This document shows positions 56,167 through 64,000 of a stretch of DNA of 64,000 nt, one piece after another; positions within the stretch are counted from its first letter, which is position 1; each line of letters begins with the position of its first letter. The DNA comes from Vulcanimicrobiota bacterium. GTDB taxonomy: Bacteria > Vulcanimicrobiota > Xenobia > Xenobiales > JADMJV01. Under the pieces are notes generated by a model that was not told where the DNA came from, made no database searches, and worked only from the letters and a program-made list of their open reading frames with translations. Both the position numbers and the translations under genes were made by a program. The stretch is from positions 1,640,008 to 1,704,007 of the forward strand of contig JBFWNU010000001.1 of the NCBI GenBank assembly GCA_050250895.1, in the 5' to 3' direction.

Positions 56167-58017
56167 TCAGGCCGCGTCGAGGTTGGCCAACGCATCGAAG
56201 TCAGCCACGGCTGCGGCCAGGTCAAGCTGGGTCAGCGGGCGTCCGAGCTGGGCTTCCACCTCCTGGTGAAGGAGAAAGTCGGCGGCCTCGGCCATTTGAA
56301 GGATCGCCTCGGTGGGCTCCACGCCGACCGGGAGATTGGCGACGACGCCGGTGGCGATCGCGCTCAACCGGTCGTCGGCCAGGATATCCTCGAGCGAACG
56401 CCCGGTCACCAGCGCATCGCCCAGTTCGAGCACCGCTTCCAGGTCCGAATCGAAGACCGGATGCGGATTGTCGACATTGCTATCGGACTGGTTGGGAGTG
56501 GCTGCCTGGAAGGCCGGTCGAAAGTCGACGATGGTTTGATAGTGTTGCTGAGCCTCATCACCGAGCGCGGCTCTAGCCACGTTGAGGTCTTCTCGGCCGA
56601 AGAAGCTGTCTTCTCCGCCCTCATACGCGCCGCCGTCGATGACGCTGACCAGGGTGGGATTGTCGAGCAAGGTGGCCGCCGCCCCGGCCAACTCGTCGGC
56701 GCGCTCGGTTGCCTCCTCCTGGCTCAGGCCCGAGGCGGTGAGACTGGCGATGTAGTCGGGACGCCAGTCGTCCTGGTCGGCCAGAGTGACCAGGTCGTCA
56801 AGGCTGACGCGAGCGTCGTGGACATCGTCGGCGTTGATGGGATTGGCCAGATAGTCGAGGTTCTGGTCGATGGTATCCAGGGCCGCGGTCAAATCCTGGC
56901 GGCGCTGTTGGTCAGGCGGCAACTCAGGCTCGGATGCAGGCTCGGGCTCGGCTTGAGCGGCGTCGACATCCACGTAGCTTCCGTCCTCGCCCAGGAGGAA
57001 GCTCTGCACCTCGCCGTTCTGGCCGTTGAGGTTCAGCTCCTCGACCCCGTCGAGATTGACGACGGTCCCGTCCTCGAACTCGACCCGATTGACGCCGTCT
57101 TCAAAGACTACGTTCCCCTGCCCGTCGCCCGAGAGGTTGAGCACGTCATAGCCTTCGCCACCCTCGATATAGGCTTCGTCGGGACCAGCTTCCGAGGCGC
57201 CGTCTTGCAGGCGCACCTGGAAGAAGTCATGGCCCTCGCCACCGTCGAGTTCGATGAAGTCCTGATCAGCGCCGGCTTCGATGAGCAGCCGGTCGTTACC
57301 GCCACTGCTCGCGGCCGCCAGATAGTCCGAGCCCTGGGCGCCGCTGAGTACGATGGAGTCGTCTTGCTCGGAACCTTCGGCCAGGAGGTCGTCATCGCCC
57401 GAGGTCCCATCACTCTCGACCCGATCACCATTGGCCAGTAGTTGTTCGGTGTTGATACTGGGTGCCTGGGTGGTCGGCACATGGAGCACCTGACCGGCTT
57501 CGACCAGGTTCGGGTCTGGCAGGGAGTTGGCCTGGGCGACCTCATCGATGAGGGTCGAGCCGTCCGGGTTGGCCGCGTAGATCTCGTCGAGAGTGAAGCC
57601 TTGCCCCAGCAACACGCCTTCGAGGTGATCGTTCTGAGAGCCGTCGGAGCCATCCCATTCGGTGACCTCGACCGAGGTGGCGTTGTACTCTCCCTGATAG
57701 GCATTCTCTTCATCCTCGAGATCAAGAACCTCGGGCTCCCCAGCGGCGGCTGAAAAGTCCACATCCTCCAGCGCATACTCATCGCCCAGTTCGGCTGTCG
57801 AACTCGAAGAGCCATTGCCCGACTCGACTCTGGTGCTCGATGTCGGCGCGGCCGCTGAACTCGCGCTAGCCGAAGAGCTTGCCGGCCGGGGCGCGGGGCT
57901 GGTCGCACTGCTCGAGCCGGAACCGCTCGGGGTGGACGCGCCGCCGTCGCGGGGGGCCTGACGGCGCTCGCGGAACGCTTGACGACTGGTTGCCTTGTCG
58001 GTTTCAAGAATGGCCAT
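56167..58017 (-). CDS. acidic protein with extended LysM-like domain and RTX-like Ca-binding repeats
   Basis: ANSLPDPNLVEAGQVLHVP; GTSGDDDL, GAQGSDYL, AGADQDFI, GGEGHDFF, GGEGYDVL nonapeptides. Confidence 0.75.
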   Translation of the reverse strand: MAILETDKATSRQAFRERRQAPRDGGASTPSGSGSSSATSPAPRPASSSASASSAAAPTSSTRVESGNGSSSSTAELGDEYALEDVDFSAAAGEPEVLDLEDEENAYQGEYNATSVEVTEWDGSDGSQNDHLEGVLLGQGFTLDEIYAANPDGSTLIDEVAQANSLPDPNLVEAGQVLHVPTTQAPSINTEQLLANGDRVESDGTSGDDDLLAEGSEQDDSIVLSGAQGSDYLAAASSGGNDRLLIEAGADQDFIELDGGEGHDFFQVRLQDGASEAGPDEAYIEGGEGYDVLNLSGDGQGNVVFEDGVNRVEFEDGTVVNLDGVEELNLNGQNGEVQSFLLGEDGSYVDVDAAQAEPEPASEPELPPDQQRRQDLTAALDTIDQNLDYLANPINADDVHDARVSLDDLVTLADQDDWRPDYIASLTASGLSQEEATERADELAGAAATLLDNPTLVSVIDGGAYEGGEDSFFGREDLNVARAALGDEAQQHYQTIVDFRPAFQAATPNQSDSNVDNPHPVFDSDLEAVLELGDALVTGRSLEDILADDRLSAIATGVVANLPVGVEPTEAILQMAEAADFLLHQEVEAQLGRPLTQLDLAAAVADFDALANLDAA

Positions 58018-58059
58018 TTCGAGATCTCCTTCGGTTCTAAGACGGTGAGTGTTAGGCTG

Positions 58060-58758
58060 CTAGCGCAGAACCCGCTGCCGTTGTTGCTCGACATAGCGTC
58101 GGAACGCCTCGTCGGGGCTGGTGCCGCTACCATAGGCAACGTGCCGGTCGCGCAGCACCTGGTGCTGCAACTGCTGACTGATCGAATCCACGGTCTGGCC
58201 GGCCTCGAGTCGATGCTCGAGGCCTTGCAGGTCCTGCTGGCTGAGTCCGAACCAGGCCGCGTCACCGGACTGGATGCTCAGAAACATCAGCTCGGGGTTG
58301 TGTTGATCGAGTTGGGTGAGGGTCTCGTAGAGGTCTCGCTCATTGGCCTGAATTCCATCGCGGGAGAGCTGTTGGGCCCGCAACCCGACTTCGTTGGAAC
58401 TCAAGAATCCGTCGTCGTTGAGATCGATCTGGTCGAAGTTCTGGCTGATCTGTCCGACCGCCTGGGCGGTCACCTGGGCCCGCGGCTCCGGCTGGGGGGC
58501 CTGGGGATACCCAACCTGGGGATTGCCGTAGCCGGGCTGAGGGTTGCCATTGCCGAAGCCCGGGGTGGGCGCGCCACCGCCGAAACCCGAGAAGCCTGTG
58601 AAAATCAGGTTGAAGACATCGAGCACCTCTTTGAGGAGGGCCAGGTTGGTAGGGGCAAAGTTGGCGGCGCCAGGATAGATGCTCCCCTGGTTCCCAAATC
58701 CTATGGGGTAGGGCTGAAACTGGGTTTGGCCGGGATAGATGTTGGCTGCGGTGATCAT
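58060..58758 (-). CDS. EF-hand-containing hypothetical protein
   Basis: DLNDDGFLSSNE EF-hand loop; Gly/Pro/Gln-rich N-terminus; GGAGG RBS. Confidence 0.65.
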   Translation of the reverse strand: MITAANIYPGQTQFQPYPIGFGNQGSIYPGAANFAPTNLALLKEVLDVFNLIFTGFSGFGGGAPTPGFGNGNPQPGYGNPQVGYPQAPQPEPRAQVTAQAVGQISQNFDQIDLNDDGFLSSNEVGLRAQQLSRDGIQANERDLYETLTQLDQHNPELMFLSIQSGDAAWFGLSQQDLQGLEHRLEAGQTVDSISQQLQHQVLRDRHVAYGSGTSPDEAFRRYVEQQRQRVLR

Positions 58759-59030
58759 TTGCTGTTACCTCCGTCGTTTTTCTGGACTTGCTTGACGCCC
58801 TCGGAACGCCACGCCATGTAGGAGCGGATCGTGAGTTTTCGGTCCTCTCGCCCAGCCGGGTCAGGCTGGGGCCTTGGAGCCGGCCGCACTCGAATGACTG
58901 GCGGTCTCGCTATCGCGCTCAGCCGCGTGGCTTCTCGATACACGAGCACATAGTCGCTGAGCGGCCTGATGATGGGGGCCGAGCGTAACTCATAGAGGCG
59001 GGCCTGGTATCGAGTCAGCATCGCGGGCAT
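58755..59030 (-). CDS. small hypothetical protein
   Basis: AAAGG upstream; stop overlaps the next ATG (ATGA). Confidence 0.4.
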   Translation of the reverse strand: MPAMLTRYQARLYELRSAPIIRPLSDYVLVYREATRLSAIARPPVIRVRPAPRPQPDPAGREDRKLTIRSYMAWRSEGVKQVQKNDGGNSK

Positions 59031-59140
59031 CCTTTCGTCGAGTGGTGTGCACTGAAGATAGGACGCTCAACCGGGTGACAGGTTGAAAGGGGCGGCTAAG
59101 TGTTAACAGGTTGTAAACGTTAGGACACGAGCAGAAGCGC

Positions 59141-59869
59141 TCAGGAGCCGGCCGTGAACCCGCCGTCAACACCGAAGGTGGCTCCGGTCACGAACGAAGC
59201 CCGCTCGCTAAGCAGAAAGACGACCATCTCGGCCACCTCTTCAGGTCTGCCGAGGCGGCCCATGGGAATCTTGGCGAGAATCTTCTGGCCGGCTGCCTGG
59301 AAGGCTTTGGCCAGCATGGGCGTGTCGGTGGGGCCGGGCTCGACACAGTTCACCCGGATGCCAAAGCGCGCATACTCGCTGGCCAGAGCCCGGGTCAGGG
59401 CCGCCAGCCCCCCTTTGCTGGCCGCGTAGACAGCCTGGCCGGCATGGGCGCGCTGCTGGCTGACCGAGCCGAGATTGACGATCGAGCCGCCGCGCTTTTG
59501 CATCATACCGGGTAGGATCGCTCGGCAACAGTGGATGGGACCCAGCAGGTTGGTGTCGAGTTGGGCCCGGATCTGGTCCAGGCTGAGGGTGGGCAAGAGG
59601 CCGGCGTGATGGATGGCCGCGTTGTTGACCCAGCCGTCGAACTCTTCAAGCCAGTCGCCGCAGGCAGCCTCGATCGAGTCGGGATCGGTCACGTCGAGGT
59701 GGGCGGCTCGGGCTCGCAGTTCGGTGGCCAGTTGGCTGGCAGCTTCGGGGTGGCGGTGATAGCCCAGCAGCAGCCGAGCTCCGGCCCGGGCGCAGGCGCG
59801 GGCAATGGCTTGACCGATAGCCCCGGTGGCGCCGGTGATGGCGATGGTCTTGCCGGCCAGCTCAGCCAA
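59141..59869 (-). CDS. fabG: 3-oxoacyl-ACP reductase (FabG-like SDR)
   Basis: [31 protein letters not shown]; TTG 59869 lies just after the trpS stop. Confidence 0.85.
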   Translation of the reverse strand: MAELAGKTIAITGATGAIGQAIARACARAGARLLLGYHRHPEAASQLATELRARAAHLDVTDPDSIEAACGDWLEEFDGWVNNAAIHHAGLLPTLSLDQIRAQLDTNLLGPIHCCRAILPGMMQKRGGSIVNLGSVSQQRAHAGQAVYAASKGGLAALTRALASEYARFGIRVNCVEPGPTDTPMLAKAFQAAGQKILAKIPMGRLGRPEEVAEMVVFLLSERASFVTGATFGVDGGFTAGS

Positions 59870-59871
59870 GC

Positions 59872-60948
59872 TCAGAAGTTCATGTTCATCGCGGTGCGCA
59901 CTTCGTCGAGGGTGGCCTGAGCCACCGCCCGGGCTTCTTCGACGCCCCGGCGCAGCACTCGAGAGACCAGCTCGGAGTCCTTTGCCAGCTCGGCACGCCG
60001 TTCGCGCAGGGGCTTTAGGTATTCGTTGAGGGCTTCGGTCATGGTGGTCTTGAGCTTGCCGGCCCCGCCGTCGCCGATGTCGCCCGCGATGTCCTGGGGA
60101 GAGCGACCGGTGCATAGACTGGTCACCAGCAGCAGATTGGCCACCTCGGGTCGGTTGTCGGGGTCGTAGGTAATGACTCGCTCGGAATCGGTCTTGGCCT
60201 TCTTGATGAGCTTGGCCGTCTCGTCGGCACTGGCGCCCAGCATGATGGCATTATTGCGGCTCTTGCTCATCTTCTGGCCGCCGTCGAGCCCGAGGATCAT
60301 GGGGGCCTCGCTCAGCAATGGGTGGGGCTCGGGAAAGACTCTCTTCTTCTTGGCGAAGCGCTGGTTGAAGCGACGAGCGATCAGCCGGCTCATCTCGAGG
60401 TGAGGGATCTGGTCTTTGCCCACCGGCACCAGGTTGGCTTTGCAGAACAGGATGTCGGCTGCCTGATGGACCGGATAGGTGTACATGCCAGCGTTGATAT
60501 TCTTGAGGCCGGCGGCCTGGATCTCGTCTTTTACGGTGGGATTGCGATCGAGTTCGGCCATGCTCACCAGGGTGAGAAAGGGCAGCAACAGCTGGTTGAG
60601 CTCGGGGATGTGGCTGTGGGGAAAGATGACGCACTGCTCGGGGTCGATGCCGGCGGCCAGATAGTCGAGGGTGAGCTCGCGCACGTTGTTGGCGATCTCG
60701 GCGAAGCTATCGCGATCGGTGAGCACCTGATAGTCTGCGATCACGATGAAGATGGGCACACCCAGGCCCTGCAGGCGCACCCGATTGTTGAGCGAGCCGA
60801 AAAGGTGCCCGATGTGGAGCGCCCCGGTGGGGCGGTCGCCGGTGAGCACGCGGAACTTCTTGGGATTGACCTTGAGTTCTTCTTCGATCTCCTGGCTACG
60901 GGCCAGGGTCGCGGCATAGGTGTCGGAAATGGTGGCCGGGCTTGTCAT
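59872..60948 (-). CDS. trpS: tryptophanyl-tRNA synthetase (TrpRS II type)
   Basis: [35 protein letters not shown]. Confidence 0.96.
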   Translation of the reverse strand: MTSPATISDTYAATLARSQEIEEELKVNPKKFRVLTGDRPTGALHIGHLFGSLNNRVRLQGLGVPIFIVIADYQVLTDRDSFAEIANNVRELTLDYLAAGIDPEQCVIFPHSHIPELNQLLLPFLTLVSMAELDRNPTVKDEIQAAGLKNINAGMYTYPVHQAADILFCKANLVPVGKDQIPHLEMSRLIARRFNQRFAKKKRVFPEPHPLLSEAPMILGLDGGQKMSKSRNNAIMLGASADETAKLIKKAKTDSERVITYDPDNRPEVANLLLVTSLCTGRSPQDIAGDIGDGGAGKLKTTMTEALNEYLKPLRERRAELAKDSELVSRVLRRGVEEARAVAQATLDEVRTAMNMNF

Positions 60949-60975
60949 ACTGCGGCCGTTCGCTTGCGGGCCGGG

Positions 60976-62172
60976 TTACCCCTGTCCGAGCACCAGGCAC
61001 GCGTTCTGGCCGCCAAAGGCAAAGGAGTTCTTGAGCATCAGGCCGGCGGCCGGCAGCGGCCGGGGACCTTCGGGGATATAGTCGAGGTCGCAGGCCGGGT
61101 CGGGTTGCTCGAGATTGATGGTGGGATGCACCAGGCCTCGTCGGGCGCAGGCCAGGGTGGCTGCCACCTCTACCGCTCCCGAGGCCGAGATGAGGTGGCC
61201 CAGCATCGACTTGGTCGAACTCACCCACAGACGCTCGGCGTGGGCCCCGAAGACGGCGCGCAGGGCCAAGGTTTCGATGGGATCGTTCTTGGGGGTCGAG
61301 GTGCCGTGGGCGTTGACGTAGGCGATCTGCTCGGGTCTCACGGCGGCGTTGGCCAGGGCCCGCCGCATGGCCAGCACAGCCCCCAGCCCCCGGGGGTGAG
61401 GCTCGCTGATGCCGTGAGCGTCAAACGAGTTGCCGAAGCCCAGCACCTCGCCGTAGCAGGTGGCCCCGCGGGCCTGGGCCGAGGCTTGCTCTTCTAGCAA
61501 CAACACGGCCGCGCCCTCGCCCAGCAAAAAGCCGTCGCGGCCTCGATCAAACGGTCGCGAGGCTTGCTCGGGTCGTTCATTGCGGGTGGTAGTGGCTCGA
61601 ATCTTGCAAAAGCCGGCCACTCCCATGGGGTTGATCATCGAGTCGCTACCGCCGGCCAGCATCCACCGGCGCTGACCTCGGCGGATGGTCCAAAAGGCGG
61701 TGCCGATGGCATCGGTCGAGGCGGCACAGGCCGAGATGTGGGTCTGAGGTGGATAGCTCAGGTTGAAGCGCCGGGAGATGGCTTCGATGCAAAGCTCGGA
61801 GGGGGTCTGGAGAAAGGTCTGGGGGTCGGCCCCAGGGGGCAGGCCATGATGATGCAGGTATTGGACCAGGTCAGGCATCGAGAAGAGATCGAGGCCGATG
61901 CCCAGGCTCAGGCCGCCAAGGCTGGGGTCGAGGGTCTGGCCGGCCATGGCTTGCTCGCTGGCGGCCAGAGCGAAGCTCCATTTGCGGTCGGGATGCTCTG
62001 GCAGGCCGGCGGTGTCGACCTGGGCGGCGATGCGCGTGGCCAGTCGAGCGGGCTCGAAGAGAGTGATGGGGCCGGCGCCCGAGCGTCCCGCCAGCAGGCC
62101 GTCGGCCAGAGCATCCAGAGAGTTGCCCAAAGGGGTGACCACCCCGATGCCGGTCACCATGACCCGCTTCAT
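60976..62172 (-). CDS. fabF: beta-ketoacyl-ACP synthase II-like (KS)
   Basis: SACAAS (Cys), NAHGTST and KSMLGH (His-His), RPFDRGRDGFLLGEG, NSFAFGGQN. Confidence 0.9.
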   Translation of the reverse strand: MKRVMVTGIGVVTPLGNSLDALADGLLAGRSGAGPITLFEPARLATRIAAQVDTAGLPEHPDRKWSFALAASEQAMAGQTLDPSLGGLSLGIGLDLFSMPDLVQYLHHHGLPPGADPQTFLQTPSELCIEAISRRFNLSYPPQTHISACAASTDAIGTAFWTIRRGQRRWMLAGGSDSMINPMGVAGFCKIRATTTRNERPEQASRPFDRGRDGFLLGEGAAVLLLEEQASAQARGATCYGEVLGFGNSFDAHGISEPHPRGLGAVLAMRRALANAAVRPEQIAYVNAHGTSTPKNDPIETLALRAVFGAHAERLWVSSTKSMLGHLISASGAVEVAATLACARRGLVHPTINLEQPDPACDLDYIPEGPRPLPAAGLMLKNSFAFGGQNACLVLGQG

Positions 62173-62945
62173 GGCTGCCACCGGCAGGCCACCGTCAGGC
62201 CGTCGGGAGTGTGGGCCCGGTGGGACCATTGCTGCTGACTGAGCTGATGGATCAACTCGGCCGGGCCCCAGGGCGAAGGCGAGGCAACCTGCCCGTCATA
62301 GGCGATGGAAAACTCGTGCAGGCGGGCCAGGCCCGGGCCTTTGCGCAGGCAGAGAAAGCCGGCCACGTCCTGGCCAGGGGGGTGACTGCGGCGTTGGCGG
62401 TGGTAGTCGACCAGAAAGTTGTTCTGGTCGGCCACCGCTCCCACTATAGCAAGCTCGATTTGGCCTTCTTGCAGGGCCCAAAGAGCCTGCTCGAGCACCT
62501 GGTAGAACTGGCCCAGGCCGGGAAAGCTGGTCATCGAAGGCCCCCGGATGCCCAGGTTGAGCGAGACGTGAAAGATCGGCATGTTGGGCAGACAGCGAAA
62601 GGTCAACAGCGGATTGACCTGATCCAGCCCGTCGCTCGAGAAGCGTTCCATCGAGAAGACTCCCTGTTCGGTCGAGTGCTCGGCCAAAGGCAGCATGTCG
62701 TCTTTTTCAAACGGGATGTGGCCGCTCACCAGATAGAGGCCGGCCTGCTCGAGAGCCCCGGGGTCGAGGTCGGCCTGGGCGGCTGCCTGGCAGGCGGCAG
62801 CCACGGCCAATCGGTCTTGTTTGCCCATGAACTTGAGCATCTTGCGCGACCTGAGCCAGGGGATGCAGTCGACGGGGTCCTGGCACAAAGCCAGTCCGGC
62901 CAGGCTTATCGAATCGCAAAGTCGAGCTTGAGGTGGCGTGTCCAC
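62169..62945 (-). CDS. truncated ketosynthase-like / chain-length-factor-like protein
   Basis: KFMGKQDRLAVAAA, NPLLTFRCLPNMPIFHVSLNLGIRGP; KS N-domain only, no catalytic Cys motif seen. Confidence 0.75.
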   Translation of the reverse strand: MDTPPQARLCDSISLAGLALCQDPVDCIPWLRSRKMLKFMGKQDRLAVAAACQAAAQADLDPGALEQAGLYLVSGHIPFEKDDMLPLAEHSTEQGVFSMERFSSDGLDQVNPLLTFRCLPNMPIFHVSLNLGIRGPSMTSFPGLGQFYQVLEQALWALQEGQIELAIVGAVADQNNFLVDYHRQRRSHPPGQDVAGFLCLRKGPGLARLHEFSIAYDGQVASPSPWGPAELIHQLSQQQWSHRAHTPDGLTVACRWQP

Positions 62946-63376
62946 AGGCTGTAGAGCTCCCGTCGTTGCTCGTGCACCCGAGGCGAGTCGACGGCCCGCA
63001 GCACGAAGGTCAAAAGGGCCCTGGCCACCTGTTGCTCGCCCAACTGGATGCGGCCCTCGACCTGGGCCGCGCCACCCAGGCTAGAAGACAGCTCGCAAGA
63101 TAGGCTGAGCACATCGCCGGGCCGGGCTGGATGGGTAAAGCGGGCCTGATCGATCTGGGCTAAAATGGCGCGTTGCTGGGGGTCTTCGCAATGCGAGATG
63201 TCCACCAGAAAGCCTCCCAACTGAGCCAACGCCTCCACCATCAGCGTGCCCGGAAAGAGCGGGTGACCGGGAAAATGGTCGTGCAGATAGTCTTCGCTCA
63301 GGCTGACGGCCTTGACGCCCCGGATGCTTTGACCGGGGATCAACTCGTCCACCCGGTCGACCAGAAAGAATCGCAC
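62906..63376 (-). CDS. fabZ: 3-hydroxyacyl-ACP dehydratase (FabZ-like)
   Basis: FFLVDRV, HFPGHPLFPGTLMVEALAQ, PARPGD. Confidence 0.9.
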   Translation of the reverse strand: MRFFLVDRVDELIPGQSIRGVKAVSLSEDYLHDHFPGHPLFPGTLMVEALAQLGGFLVDISHCEDPQQRAILAQIDQARFTHPARPGDVLSLSCELSSSLGGAAQVEGRIQLGEQQVARALLTFVLRAVDSPRVHEQRRELYSLWTRHLKLDFAIR

Positions 63377-64000
63377 CTACCACCTCCGACCGGCGCCCAG
63401 TAGCTCCAGCGGTGGGCTGGGCCGGTGGGCAAAGCGCGGGTCGCGGGCCCGATAGAGGATGTTGTAAGAGCAGGTGGGCACGTTGCCGCCATCGGCCGAG
63501 GGCACGCCCACGCAGCACTGGCGAATGCGGTCGGTATCGAAATTCTCTTCGTCCATGTGCGAGTGGATGTAGATGGTCTTGGCCGAACGTTCGGCGATCA
63601 GCTGTTGCTCGGCATACTCCAGGGGACGGTTTGGAAAGATGCGACAGATGAGGTCTTTGAGGGCTTTGAGCACGCGCTCGCCGGTGTCGTCGGGAAGTTC
63701 GCGGCTCCACAGATCGGCGATGACGCCTTGCATGGCCTCTTCCATCCTGGCTCCGGGTTCCATGTAGAGATTGTCGGTGAGCAGGTGGCGGATGACGGGT
63801 TTATCCATGAAGCGCGCGAAAGGCAAAAAATCGCCCTGCCCCAGGTTGAGTAGGTAACAGGTCTGGTAGCACATCGGGTGGGCGCACGGCGAGGGCACGA
63901 AGTCGGCTTTGGCGATGCGGCCGCCGCTGGCTTTCTCGATGGAAGCCAGCACATCCGGCACGGTGATGCGGCTGTTGGGGTCAAAGTCGGTGCCCCCCTG
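63377..64000 (-). CDS. radical SAM protein, Tes/GDGT-MAS-like, copy 2 (5' part outside window)
   Basis: Frame open to the window edge; DPNSRITVP, PCAHPMC, KTIYIHSHMDEENFDTDRIRQCC...DGGNVPTCSYN aligns with the C-terminal half of 26120-27592. Confidence 0.85.
   Translation of the reverse strand, partial: QGGTDFDPNSRITVPDVLASIEKASGGRIAKADFVPSPCAHPMCYQTCYLLNLGQGDFLPFARFMDKPVIRHLLTDNLYMEPGARMEEAMQGVIADLWSRELPDDTGERVLKALKDLICRIFPNRPLEYAEQQLIAERSAKTIYIHSHMDEENFDTDRIRQCCVGVPSADGGNVPTCSYNILYRARDPRFAHRPSPPLELLGAGRRW

Overview
GC-rich bacterial chromosomal window, almost fully coding (about 60 genes). I saw no rRNA, tRNA, CRISPR array or transposase. Gene content (TonB system, many pseudopilins, signal-less low-complexity proteins with LysM-like repeats) suggests a diderm, possibly Eremiobacterota/Vulcanimicrobiota; that assignment is inference only. 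Main content: (1) a TonB-ExbBD plus TonB-dependent receptor metal-uptake operon with two His-rich CxxC leader ORFs ending in RAPP/RGPP ribosome-arrest motifs (1147-7429). (2) A complete, co-transcribed eukaryote-like ubiquitination operon in which most accessory components are membrane-anchored: two B-box proteins, Ubl, E1, Rpn11-like JAB, FHA membrane protein, RING E3 and UBC E2 (28797-35353). (3) A dispersed type II FAS/PKS-like cluster with two tetraether-synthase (Tes/GDGT-MAS)-like radical SAM enzymes, an elongated ACP, FabZ, KS/CLF-like, FabF, FabG and an embedded TrpRS II, plus possibly linked tailoring and export genes. (4) A pseudopilin cluster facing a REC-BTAD regulator, a histidine kinase and a GAF-PilC fusion. 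(5) A cluster of signal-less effector-like proteins, one carrying an AvrB-like Fido C-terminal domain. Family assignments come from motif recognition by eye; no database searches were run.
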